Source: Candidatus Izemoplasmatales bacterium (lineage in GTDB: Bacteria; Bacillota_I; Bacilli_A; Izemoplasmatales; Hujiaoplasmataceae). Taken from it: a stretch of 25,200 nucleotides of DNA. Where the stretch lies: positions 6,431 through 31,630 of the forward strand of contig JBFXGX010000014.1 of NCBI GenBank assembly GCA_050177605.1, read 5' to 3'. The notes beneath the pieces are model-generated. The model saw only the letters and a program-made list of their open reading frames with translations. It ran no database searches and was not told where the DNA came from. The position numbers were made by a program, and so were the translations under genes. Below are positions 8,164 through 16,910 of the stretch, piece after piece (position 1 is the first letter of the stretch; each line of letters starts with the position of its first letter).

Positions 8164-9910
8164 ACTTGTTAATTTAACCGTTGATGGTAAAAATGTTGAA
8201 GTACCTGCAGATTTTACAGTATTAAGAGCCGCAGAAGTTGCTGGTGTGAAAGTTCCTCGCCTTTGTTTCCTAGAAGGAATTCATGAAGAAGCAAACTGTC
8301 GTGTTTGTGTTGTAAAAATCGACGGAATGAAAGGATTAAAAACTTCTTGTTCTACAAAAGTACAAGAAGGTATGGTTGTACATACCAATACAAAAGAAGT
8401 GTACGACGCTGTTAGTAACAATTTAGAGTTATTAGCAGGGAACCATAAATTTGAATGTTGGAAATGTTCTCGTGAAAATAGTTGTGAATTCTTAGATTTA
8501 CTACGTCGTTTCAACGTAGAAAATGACTATTCCAATGGGAAAGTCTATTTACAAAAAGATATTCGTGTCAATGAATCTTCTGAAGCAATGGTCCTTGACT
8601 CATCCAAATGTGTTCTATGTGGAAGATGTGTTAGTGCGTGTCAAAAACAATCAGGACTTGGAATCTTAAACTTCAATCATCGTGGATCGAAAACTTATGT
8701 GGGTCCTGCTTTATTCCATAATCTAGAAGACGCTGGATGTATCTACTGCGGTAAATGTATTCAAGCTTGTCCTACCGGCGCAATCCGTGAAAAAGATGAA
8801 ACAAAAACCATGGACCGTGTTTTAAGAGATACTTCAAAAACAGTTGTTGTTCAAGTAGCACCATCTGTCCGTGCTGCTTTAGGTGAAGAATTTGGATACA
8901 AAATTGGAACCAACGTTGAAGGACAAATGTTTGCGGCCTTAAAAGAACTTGGTGTAAAAGAAATCATCGACACCAACTTCACCGCTGACTTAACTATTTT
9001 AGAAGAAGGAACAGAATTCATCGACCGTGTTCAAAACGGTGGTGTACTACCAATGTTTACTTCTTGTTCACCTGGTTGGGTGAATTACTTAGAATTATAT
9101 TATCCTGAATATATTGAAAACTTATCAAGTTGTAAATCTCCTCAACAAATGGCTGGCGCATTAATCAAAACTTATTACGCAGAAAAATTAGGAAAAGATC
9201 CTAAAGATATCTATAGTGTATCGATTATGCCTTGTGTAGCGAAAAAAGCAGAAGCTGCTAGACCAGAAATGGGAAGAGATGGATACAAAGATGTTGATTT
9301 AGTATTAACGACAAGAGAATTTGCTCGTTTAATTAGACATCGTGGCATTCCATTTAGAGATTTAGAACCAATCAAACCTTTCGGTATGTTAGCTGAATAC
9401 ACAGGTGCTGGTACGATTTTTGGAGCTACTGGTGGTGTAATGGAAGCAGCGCTTCGTACCGTAACTGAAATCTTAGAAGGAAAATCTACGCCAGTAGAAT
9501 TCTTAGATGTCCGTGGACTTGACAACATCAAAGAAGCAACTTATAACGTTGCAGGAATTGAAGTGAATGTCGCTGTTGTCCATGGCGGAAAAGCCATTGG
9601 TGATTTCCTTGAAATGATGAAAACATCTAAAAAACAATACCATTTCGTTGAATTTATGGGTTGTACAGGTGGATGTATTAATGGTGGTGGACAACCAATC
9701 GTTCCTGCAGAAATTCAAGACAAAGTTGATGTTCGTGCAAGACGTGCAAAAGTGTTATACTCCATTGATGAAGCTTCTACATTTAGAAAATCTCACGAAA
9801 GTGAAGCAGTTAAAAAATTATATGAAGAGTTCTTAGGTAAACCTAATTCTCATAAATCTCATGAATTACTTCATACGCATTACCACAAGAGAACAAGTTA
9901 CGAGGTGTAA
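8156..9910 (+). CDS. hndD: [FeFe]-hydrogenase group A catalytic subunit (HydA/HndD-like)
   Basis: H-cluster motifs L1 TSCSPGW, L2 MPCVAKKAE, L3 EFMGCTGGCINGGGQP; N-terminal [2Fe-2S], His-ligated HxxxCxxCxxxxxC and 2x[4Fe-4S]. Start moved to ATG 8156 (MSKLV) behind RBS GGGAGGGAG, 8-nt overlap with hndC. Confidence 0.95.
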   Translation: MSKLVNLTVDGKNVEVPADFTVLRAAEVAGVKVPRLCFLEGIHEEANCRVCVVKIDGMKGLKTSCSTKVQEGMVVHTNTKEVYDAVSNNLELLAGNHKFECWKCSRENSCEFLDLLRRFNVENDYSNGKVYLQKDIRVNESSEAMVLDSSKCVLCGRCVSACQKQSGLGILNFNHRGSKTYVGPALFHNLEDAGCIYCGKCIQACPTGAIREKDETKTMDRVLRDTSKTVVVQVAPSVRAALGEEFGYKIGTNVEGQMFAALKELGVKEIIDTNFTADLTILEEGTEFIDRVQNGGVLPMFTSCSPGWVNYLELYYPEYIENLSSCKSPQQMAGALIKTYYAEKLGKDPKDIYSVSIMPCVAKKAEAARPEMGRDGYKDVDLVLTTREFARLIRHRGIPFRDLEPIKPFGMLAEYTGAGTIFGATGGVMEAALRTVTEILEGKSTPVEFLDVRGLDNIKEATYNVAGIEVNVAVVHGGKAIGDFLEMMKTSKKQYHFVEFMGCTGGCINGGGQPIVPAEIQDKVDVRARRAKVLYSIDEASTFRKSHESEAVKKLYEEFLGKPNSHKSHELLHTHYHKRTSYEV

Positions 9911-9915
9911 ATAAA

Positions 9916-10854
9916 ATGAAGAAATTATTATCAGTTTTCGCAGTATTATTACTCGCTTTTCTATTTGTAGGATGTACCGAAGAAACGACAGTTTCAACAG
10001 ATCCGGTCGTATATTCTGTTATCGCGCCAAATGGATCTCCTGCGATTGCGCAAATGTATATGCAACAGAATACAGCACATTACGCAGTTGATGTTGTAAG
10101 TGGACCCGATCCTCTTTTAGCGGCATTCGGTTCAGCTTCACATGATTTCATTTTTGCGCCAACCAATTTAGGAGCGAAATTATATACAGCAAATCAAAGT
10201 TATATCTTTATCGCAGCTGTGACTTTTGGAAACTACTATTTAGTTACAAGTACAGAGTCTACATTTGATTTAGCAAGTCTTGCAGGAAAAGAAATCGTCG
10301 TGTTTGGTCAAAACCAAACATCCGATATCGTTTTAAGATATGTTTTATCTGAAAATGATATTACTGCGACTTATTCATATGTCGCAGATGTCGCAACAGC
10401 AGTATCTACTTGGGTCATGGATAATTCTAAAATCGTGATGGTTGCGGAACCTTCCTTAAGTGTACTTCTTGCATCCCATCCTGATTTAGATGTGATTGAT
10501 TTACAAACTGCTTACGAAGATATCACAGGTAGTAATTCTTACCCACAAGCCGGCGTGTTTGCGAAAGCCACACTTTCAAATGAGGCGATTGATCAATTCT
10601 TAACGGATCTAGAAGCTTCGATTGATGCGGTTAATTCAAATGTTGCAGACTCCGCAACACTTGGTGTTGACCTAGGTTTTGGTTTCCCATACGCTGTACT
10701 AGTGAACGCAATTCCGAATAGTCATCTTGATTTTCAAGGTGCACTTGAGGTAAAATCTAGTTTAGAAGCATATTTCAGTATTATCTTAGATTTAAATCCA
10801 GTACTGATTGGTAATGCTTTACCAGTAGACGACTTTTACTATCAACCAGAATAA
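9916..10854 (+). CDS. ABC transporter substrate-binding lipoprotein, NitT/TauT/SsuA/NMT1-like
   Basis: Lipoprotein signal ending FVG-C; APxGxP, PTNLGAKLY, AEP and YPQA motifs; followed by an SsuC-type permease. Confidence 0.8.
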   Translation: MKKLLSVFAVLLLAFLFVGCTEETTVSTDPVVYSVIAPNGSPAIAQMYMQQNTAHYAVDVVSGPDPLLAAFGSASHDFIFAPTNLGAKLYTANQSYIFIAAVTFGNYYLVTSTESTFDLASLAGKEIVVFGQNQTSDIVLRYVLSENDITATYSYVADVATAVSTWVMDNSKIVMVAEPSLSVLLASHPDLDVIDLQTAYEDITGSNSYPQAGVFAKATLSNEAIDQFLTDLEASIDAVNSNVADSATLGVDLGFGFPYAVLVNAIPNSHLDFQGALEVKSSLEAYFSIILDLNPVLIGNALPVDDFYYQPE

Positions 10855-10858
10855 GTAG

Positions 10859-11635
10859 GTGAAGGATTTGAAAAAGAACTTGATTTTAACGCTCTCCATA
10901 ATAACCATTTTTTTGGTATGGGTCGTTATGTTTCAGGTCGTTTCAAATCCTTTATTACTTCCTAGCCCGGTAGAAGCTCTAAAAGCTTTCTATCATATAT
11001 TTATTCAGTTAACATCCTTAGAAATGATTCTATATACTTTCTTAAGATTATTTCTTGCGATGGCGCTTGCGCTCATCGTAGGATTATTACTGGGTGTTAT
11101 CGCGGGATTTAATGAAACCTTTGCGTTGTTTATTCGTCCGATTGTGACCATTTTTAGAACCGTTCCAGTGATTTCAATTGTCGTTATCTTGTTAATTATC
11201 TTTGGGTTTACACTCACACCTTATTTGATTACCTTTTTAATGATTTTTCCGTTATCGTATCAAGCGGTATATGGTGGAATCAAAGCGATTGATAAGGAAC
11301 TTATAGATGTTTACTTATTAGAAGATAATCATTTCTTCCGGGGAATGAAATATTGTTATTTGCCACTGATACAAGGTGGTATAAAAACAGCATTATTACA
11401 GTCCGCAGGTCTAGGAATTAAAGTACTTGTGATGGCAGAATACTTATCTCAAACAAAGAAATCAATTGGAAATGCAATTTACTTAGCAAAAGCTAATCTT
11501 CAGTTTGATCAAGTATTTGCATGGACTATTTTACTTATATTGCTGGCAATCGGGATTGAGATTCTCATTGAAAAATATGGAATCATCAAGAAAAAAGTCG
11601 AAAAAACGATAACAAATAATTCCTTAAAAGATTGA
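10859..11635 (+). CDS. ABC transporter permease, NitT/TauT/SsuC family (alternative TTG start at 10868)
   Basis: About six hydrophobic helices; LLLPSP, TFLRL, RTVPVIS, KVLVMAE and FAW motifs. Confidence 0.85.
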   Translation: MKDLKKNLILTLSIITIFLVWVVMFQVVSNPLLLPSPVEALKAFYHIFIQLTSLEMILYTFLRLFLAMALALIVGLLLGVIAGFNETFALFIRPIVTIFRTVPVISIVVILLIIFGFTLTPYLITFLMIFPLSYQAVYGGIKAIDKELIDVYLLEDNHFFRGMKYCYLPLIQGGIKTALLQSAGLGIKVLVMAEYLSQTKKSIGNAIYLAKANLQFDQVFAWTILLILLAIGIEILIEKYGIIKKKVEKTITNNSLKD

Positions 11636-11660
11636 CTTTTATATGATTTTTCGGTAAGAT
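11632..11660 (+). promoter_or_regulatory. sigmaA promoter for the riboswitch/P-type ATPase transcript
   Basis: TTGACT (11632-11637, overlapping the permease TGA) - 17 bp - TAAGAT (11655-11660); the predicted start site falls just before the aptamer. Confidence 0.75.
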
Positions 11661-11668
11661 ATTAATGA

Positions 11669-11764
11669 CATAAGGGAGTAGCTGGCGCAATCTTTACTAT
11701 CGCGCGGTTAAATCAACAAGCGTGGCAGAAATGCCTGGTTTAATTGTTAGCAGCAAGACTTATG
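11669..11764 (+). ncRNA. yybP-ykoY (Mn2+-sensing) riboswitch aptamer
   Basis: Signature CATAAG-GGAGTA-GCTG ... CAGC-AAGA-CTTATG (P1 with L1 loop). P3 GGTTAAATC/GGTTTAATT with A-rich L3 AACAAGCGT and a GGCA-GAAA-TGCC cap. Located upstream of a cation P-type ATPase, a classic context. Confidence 0.88.
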
Positions 11765-11797
11765 CACCAGTCAAGTGCATAAGTCTTATTTTTTTTT
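11755..11797 (+). terminator. Riboswitch expression-platform terminator, mutually exclusive with aptamer P1
   Basis: Perfect 13-bp stem AAGACTTATGCAC (11755-11767) / GTGCATAAGTCTT (11775-11787) followed by A and a T9 run; its 5' arm is the 3' strand of P1. Confidence 0.88.
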
Positions 11798-11809
11798 AGG
11801 AGGACTAGA

Positions 11810-14530
11810 ATGGATTCATACAAAAAGACAGTTAGTCAAGCTTTAGAAGAACAAAATGTAATACTTAAAAAAGGATTATCTTCACAGGAAGTTCTTGCCA
11901 GACAAGAAAAATTTGGCAAAAACGAATTGAGAGAAAAAAAGAAAAAGACATTCTTCCAAATGTTTTTAGATCAATTTAAGGATTTTCTTGTAATTATCCT
12001 TTTAATTGCAGCTTTTATTTCGATTGTTATGGGAATCATCACCGATGAAGGGCTTGTCGATGGTATCGTCATTCTTGCGATTGTTATCTTGAATGCAATC
12101 CTTGGCGTTTCTCAAGAACAAAAAGCTAGCAATGCACTTGCGGCGCTTAAGAAAATGAGTTCACCACATGCAAAAGTACTCAGAGATGGTGTGATTAAAG
12201 AGGTATCCTCTGTTGATTTAACAGTAGGAGATATTGTATATTTGGAAACCGGTGATTACGTCGCGGCAGATATGCGCTTACTTGAAAGCACGAATCTAAA
12301 GATTGATGAGTCGGCATTAACTGGTGAATCTAATCCTGTAGAAAAAGATGCGTCGATTACCTATGAAGAGGACCGAGTTCTAGCAGAAAGATATAATTTA
12401 ACGTATATGTCGACGTTAGTATCTTATGGGAAAGCGATTGGAATTGTGACTGAAATCGGTATGGATACCGAAATTGGTAAAATCGCAACTCTTCTTGATA
12501 GTGTTGAAGAAGGAAAAACGCCTTTACAAAAAACGATTGATGCTTTTGCAAAAGTATTAGGACTTATTTGTATCGGAGTTAGTATTGTGGTATTTATCAT
12601 GGGCGCAGTCGAAGGCATTGTTCAAGGAAAACCTGTACTTGATACCTTACTCGAAATGTTCTTAACAGCTGTCGCTTTAGCAGTTGCGGCGATTCCTGAA
12701 GGGTTAACTGCAGTTATCACGGTTGTTCTCGCACTTGGAATGCAAAGAATGGTTAAACGCCATGCGATTATCAAGAACTTATCCACTGTGGAAACACTTG
12801 GGCAAGCAACGGTTATTTGTTCAGATAAAACTGGTACGTTAACACAAAATGAAATGACAGTCAAAAAAGTATTTGATTTAACGAATGATTTTGATGTGAC
12901 CGGGACAGGCTACTCTAGCCAAGGAGAATTATTACTTAAGGGTAAAAAAGTTGAATCAAACGTTAATTTAGATTATATTTTCAAAACTTGTATGTTATGT
13001 AACGACGCTATTCTAGAAGATCAAAAAGTCTTAGGGGATCCAACTGAAGGTGCTCTTCTTGTATTAGCTCAAAAAGCAGGATTCAGTTTAGACACAAGAG
13101 AAGAACTATTCCCTCAAGTGAATGAATATTCTTTTGATTCCGCAAGAAAAATGATGACATCGATTAACCAAATTGATGGAAAATATGTTGTATTAACGAA
13201 AGGTGCTGCGGATCAATTAATTAAGAGATGTAATCGTGTTTTAGTGAATGGAGAAGTAAAGAACTTAACAAAAAAAGAAATCAAATTAATTAATGATAAA
13301 ACAGATGAATACTCTGCAGACGCATATCGTGTACTTGGGTATGCTTATAGCGAAACAGAGACACCTCATTCAATGGATCTTGAACAAGATTTGATCTTTG
13401 TCGGATTAACGGCAATGATTGACCCTCCAAGACCAGAGGCAAAAGATGCGATTCGTGAATGTCATCACGCTGGAATCCGTGTCATGATGATTACAGGTGA
13501 CCATCTTTTAACCGCAAAAGCAATTGCGGCCGAACTTGGTATTTTAAAACCAGGTCATTTAGCTTTATCAGGTGAAGATACAGAAAAAATGACGGATGAA
13601 GAATTTGAAGAAGCGATTTTAAAGTGTGATGTGTTTGCACGTTCTACACCAAGAGATAAAATCAGAATCGTCGAAGTGTTGCAAAAACATGGTGAGATTG
13701 TGGCAATGACTGGAGACGGAGTCAATGACAGTCCAGCATTAAAACAAGCAGATATCGGTGTCGCAATGGGCATTACCGGTACGGAAGTATCCAAAGAAGC
13801 ATCCAATATGATTTTAACCGATGATAACTTTGCGTCTATCGTTAGTGCAGTCGAAGAAGGACGGATTATTTATTCGAATATTCGTAAGTTTACGATTTAT
13901 TTAATCTCTTGTAATATTGGTGAAATTTTAGTAATCTTCCTAGCAATGGCACTTGGTTTCTTATTTAAGTTTAATGGTGAAACCGTCATTCCTTTACTTG
14001 CGATTCACTTACTATGGATTAACCTTATGACAGACTCCTTCCCAGCATTTGCGCTTGGAATGGAAAAAGGCGAAAAAGGAATTATGGATCAAAAGCCTCG
14101 TAAAACAGGCGAGAATTTATTAAACAAACCAACATTAATCAAAGTGTTTGTTCAAGGGGCTGGACTAGCGCTCGCTGCTTTAACTTCATTCTATTTAGGA
14201 ACTCATTTATTTGCGACAAGTGGTGCTACACTAACCCAAGCTAGAACAATGATTTTTGTGACGATAGTATTTGGTGAATTATTTAGAACTTATGCCGCTA
14301 GATCAGAAACAAAATTTATTTTCCAATCGAATCCTTTCTCAAATAAATATGTTAATATAAGTGTAATTTTCAGTGTGATCATGTTAATGTTACTGGTGTA
14401 CATCGAACCACTTGCGAATATTTTCTCAATAGAAGCTTTAAGCCTTCCTGAGTTAATCACCGCACTATCACTTGGTTTCATACCAATGTTATTTGGTGAG
14501 TTTACGAAGTTTTGGGGAGATAAAATCTAA
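11810..14530 (+). CDS. Type IIA (SERCA-like) cation-translocating P-type ATPase (Ca2+/Mn2+)
   Basis: TGES, IPEGL, phosphorylation site DKTGTLT, KGA, TGD, MTGDGVND; M5 SCNIGE and M6 WINLMTD; RBS AGGAGG at 11798-11803. Confidence 0.93.
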   Translation: MDSYKKTVSQALEEQNVILKKGLSSQEVLARQEKFGKNELREKKKKTFFQMFLDQFKDFLVIILLIAAFISIVMGIITDEGLVDGIVILAIVILNAILGVSQEQKASNALAALKKMSSPHAKVLRDGVIKEVSSVDLTVGDIVYLETGDYVAADMRLLESTNLKIDESALTGESNPVEKDASITYEEDRVLAERYNLTYMSTLVSYGKAIGIVTEIGMDTEIGKIATLLDSVEEGKTPLQKTIDAFAKVLGLICIGVSIVVFIMGAVEGIVQGKPVLDTLLEMFLTAVALAVAAIPEGLTAVITVVLALGMQRMVKRHAIIKNLSTVETLGQATVICSDKTGTLTQNEMTVKKVFDLTNDFDVTGTGYSSQGELLLKGKKVESNVNLDYIFKTCMLCNDAILEDQKVLGDPTEGALLVLAQKAGFSLDTREELFPQVNEYSFDSARKMMTSINQIDGKYVVLTKGAADQLIKRCNRVLVNGEVKNLTKKEIKLINDKTDEYSADAYRVLGYAYSETETPHSMDLEQDLIFVGLTAMIDPPRPEAKDAIRECHHAGIRVMMITGDHLLTAKAIAAELGILKPGHLALSGEDTEKMTDEEFEEAILKCDVFARSTPRDKIRIVEVLQKHGEIVAMTGDGVNDSPALKQADIGVAMGITGTEVSKEASNMILTDDNFASIVSAVEEGRIIYSNIRKFTIYLISCNIGEILVIFLAMALGFLFKFNGETVIPLLAIHLLWINLMTDSFPAFALGMEKGEKGIMDQKPRKTGENLLNKPTLIKVFVQGAGLALAALTSFYLGTHLFATSGATLTQARTMIFVTIVFGELFRTYAARSETKFIFQSNPFSNKYVNISVIFSVIMLMLLVYIEPLANIFSIEALSLPELITALSLGFIPMLFGEFTKFWGDKI

Positions 14531-14566
14531 TTTTTAACGATTATTCACCCATTTTCTTGTTATTGA

Positions 14567-14595
14567 TTGAAAAATAAAACAGATTAATGTAAAAT
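14567..14595 (+). promoter_or_regulatory. Putative sigmaA promoter
   Basis: TTGAAA (14567-14572) - 17 bp - TAAAAT (14590-14595); RBS GGAGGGGG before ATG 14623. Confidence 0.55.
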
Positions 14596-14622
14596 GAAAT
14601 CAAGATGGAGGGGGGATAGAAA

Positions 14623-15159
14623 ATGAAAAAAGATATTTCCCGCAACGTCACTTTAGGTTCAGATGAACGAGTTGTAAAACATTTTAAAAACCTGAAAGCA
14701 GTTGGTACAGATGCACAGGTCATGCTGACAACAAAACGACTCATCATCTACACCAAAGGACTGGCGTTAAATCGCGGTAAGAAAGTTCATCAGAAACTAA
14801 TGAACGAAATCGATCTTCACAGTATTCATCGTTTTGAATATTATGAAGAAGAGACCAAAAATCCAGTTATCGTTCGTATAATTGGTCTACTTCTTTTTGC
14901 TTCTCTTGCTTATGGTTTTTACCTCTATTATTTAGGTACCTTTGCAATTCCTTCCTATCCTTACCAAACATTATATACAGACTATGCTGGTTTTGGGCTC
15001 CTTGCCCTCCTAGGGTTAATCCTTATTTTTCATACCAAGAAAAGACTTTATATGAAAGTTAAGTCTGGGTTACAGGAAATGACTTCACTACGGTTTTATA
15101 GCAATAAATATAATGAACTTTCTCTTCGCTTTCTCGCGGGCAAAATTCATGGCAAATAG
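14623..15159 (+). CDS. Hypothetical membrane protein, possible PH/GRAM-like fold with an inserted two-helix membrane hairpin
   Basis: Strong RBS and its own terminator; ERVV...LTTKRLIIY...EIDLHSI pattern reminiscent of bacterial PH domains; two hydrophobic helices. Confidence 0.65.
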   Translation: MKKDISRNVTLGSDERVVKHFKNLKAVGTDAQVMLTTKRLIIYTKGLALNRGKKVHQKLMNEIDLHSIHRFEYYEEETKNPVIVRIIGLLLFASLAYGFYLYYLGTFAIPSYPYQTLYTDYAGFGLLALLGLILIFHTKKRLYMKVKSGLQEMTSLRFYSNKYNELSLRFLAGKIHGK

Positions 15160-15183
15160 GACATCGTTTGATGTCCTTTTTTT
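15158..15183 (+). terminator. Intrinsic terminator
   Basis: AGGACATC-gttt-GATGTCCT followed by a T run. Confidence 0.8.
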
Positions 15184-15242
15184 AATTTTACAGAAGTTTC
15201 ATATTTGAAATCAAGAATTGTGATGTTTCAAAAGAAAATTAA

Positions 15243-15251
15243 TGTTATAAT
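15243..15251 (+). promoter_or_regulatory. Extended -10 promoter of the MFS gene
   Basis: TGTTATAAT about 35 nt upstream of ATG 15285; RBS GAGGTGA. Confidence 0.65.
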
Positions 15252-15284
15252 ATTTTTAAATGTAGAAAATGATGAGGTGAATGA

Positions 15285-16880
15285 ATGAAACTTAATTACA
15301 AGAAAGTCTTTTACGTCGGAACAGCCTTTTTCTTGATTACTATGTTCTGGCAAACATATGATTCAATTATCACAAAGATTTTGATTGATAAATTTGGATT
15401 AAATCAAACTTGGTCTGGCGTTGTTATGGCAATGGATAATATTCTCGCAATCTTCTTACTTCCACTTTTTGGAAGTTTATCAGACAAGACCAATCATAAA
15501 CTAGGAAAGAGAACTCCTTATATTATTTTTGGAACGATTATTGCGGCGTTTGCTTTTGTTGCTTTATCCTTTACAGATGCTGCTCAAACAACAAGAATCG
15601 AAACAGAAACATCCATTGTACAAGATTATGGTCTTGTGTCTGAAGGTGATTTAACTGCTGCAGATTGGTCAAGCATCATTCAGACAATGAATATTGAAAG
15701 AAATACTGCGTTAAACAACTCTTTTATTACCCAAGAAAAATATGATACTTATCAAACTGATATTTACACACCAATGTTAAATGCTGTAGCGGATAATGAT
15801 GTGTCAAGTGATGATTCGACTTTACTCCACGATTTGTATTATAATTACTTGAACGGACGCGCTTGGGAAGTCACTACGCATAACCCTACAACATTCATTG
15901 TGTTCGCAGTACTACTATTTGTTGCACTCGTTGCAATGGCAACCTTTAGAAGTCCAGCAGTAGCTTTAATGCCTGATGTTGTGGTCAAACCATTGCGTTC
16001 AAAAGCGAATGCTGTAATTAACTTACTTGGTACTTTTGGTGGTATCTTATCGATTGTTATTTTAACTGTTTTTGGACTGAACAAACTTTCTTACGTTAAT
16101 TATGCCCCAGCGTTTATTACCGTCGGTGTGTTGATGTTAGTCTTACTCGCTGTCTTCTTATGGAAGGTAAGAGAACCACAACTCGTGAAAGAAAGAGAAG
16201 CAGACGACATTAAATATGGATTAACAGAGGAAGAGGAAGCAGAGGAACTACACGAAAGCGTTGAAGCTTTATCAAAAGAAAAGAAAAGAAGCTTAACCTT
16301 TATCTTATTATCTGTATTCTTATGGTTCTTTGGATATAATGCGGTTACGACGAAATTATCAGATTACGCTCCAAAAGTGTTAAATCTTGATTTCGCTACG
16401 CCATTATTAATTGCACAAGGTGCAGCCTTAATTGCTTTTATTCCAATTGGTATTTTGGCGACCAAGATTGGTAGAAAGAAAACAATCCTCATTGGTATTA
16501 CGTTATTAACACTGTGCTTTGGATCCATTTATTTCCTTACGCCTGAAACTGCAGGGATGATGTATTTCATCTTTGGCTTAACCGGTATTGCTTGGGCAAC
16601 GATTAATGTTAATAGTTATCCAATGGTTGTGGAACTTGCGAAAGGATCTAATGTAGGAAAATATACTGGATATTACTATACGTTCTCCATGGCAGCGCAG
16701 ATTGCTACACCAATCTTCTCTGGATTCTTAATGGACCAACTTGGAAGAACAGTTTTATTCCCATATGCAACTTTATTCGTCTTACTAGCATTTGGAACCA
16801 TGTTACTTGTTAAACACGGTGATGCAGTTGTTGTTAAGAAAGATAGTGTACTTGAAAACTTTGATGTTGATATGGATTAA
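15285..16880 (+). CDS. MFS transporter (GPH/MalT-SLC45-like) with a large loop insertion
   Basis: GSLSDKT...GKRTPYI motif A variant, ALMPD, second-half KIGRKK, VGKYTGYYY; about 12 hydrophobic helices. Confidence 0.88.
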   Translation: MKLNYKKVFYVGTAFFLITMFWQTYDSIITKILIDKFGLNQTWSGVVMAMDNILAIFLLPLFGSLSDKTNHKLGKRTPYIIFGTIIAAFAFVALSFTDAAQTTRIETETSIVQDYGLVSEGDLTAADWSSIIQTMNIERNTALNNSFITQEKYDTYQTDIYTPMLNAVADNDVSSDDSTLLHDLYYNYLNGRAWEVTTHNPTTFIVFAVLLFVALVAMATFRSPAVALMPDVVVKPLRSKANAVINLLGTFGGILSIVILTVFGLNKLSYVNYAPAFITVGVLMLVLLAVFLWKVREPQLVKEREADDIKYGLTEEEEAEELHESVEALSKEKKRSLTFILLSVFLWFFGYNAVTTKLSDYAPKVLNLDFATPLLIAQGAALIAFIPIGILATKIGRKKTILIGITLLTLCFGSIYFLTPETAGMMYFIFGLTGIAWATINVNSYPMVVELAKGSNVGKYTGYYYTFSMAAQIATPIFSGFLMDQLGRTVLFPYATLFVLLAFGTMLLVKHGDAVVVKKDSVLENFDVDMD

Positions 16881-16910
16881 TAAAAAAAGCTGTGAGAAAT
16901 CACAGCTTTT
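16881..16910. terminator. Bidirectional intrinsic terminator between the convergent MFS and GDPD genes
   Basis: AAAAGCTGTGA-gaaa-TCACAGCTTTT with an A run on the left and a T run on the right. Confidence 0.85.

Noticed and set aside
9059..9700. Non-canonical H-cluster motifs (TSCSPGW, MGCTGGC) as a sign of an inactive or sensory hydrogenase
   Set aside because: TSCSPGW is a common group A variant, and the cluster-ligating cysteines and L2 lysine are present.
4731..11635. TGA read as Trp (code 4) or as selenocysteine
   Set aside because: TGA ends genes at natural boundaries (4733 and 5975 in ATGA overlaps, and 11635), long ORFs contain no in-frame TGA, and Trp is encoded by TGG.
14595..15216. 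TGAAATCAAGA repeated in two consecutive intergenic regions (14595 and 15206)
   Set aside because: The same 11-mer also occurs inside a coding region near 4039, its position relative to the promoters differs, and it is AT-rich; probably chance.
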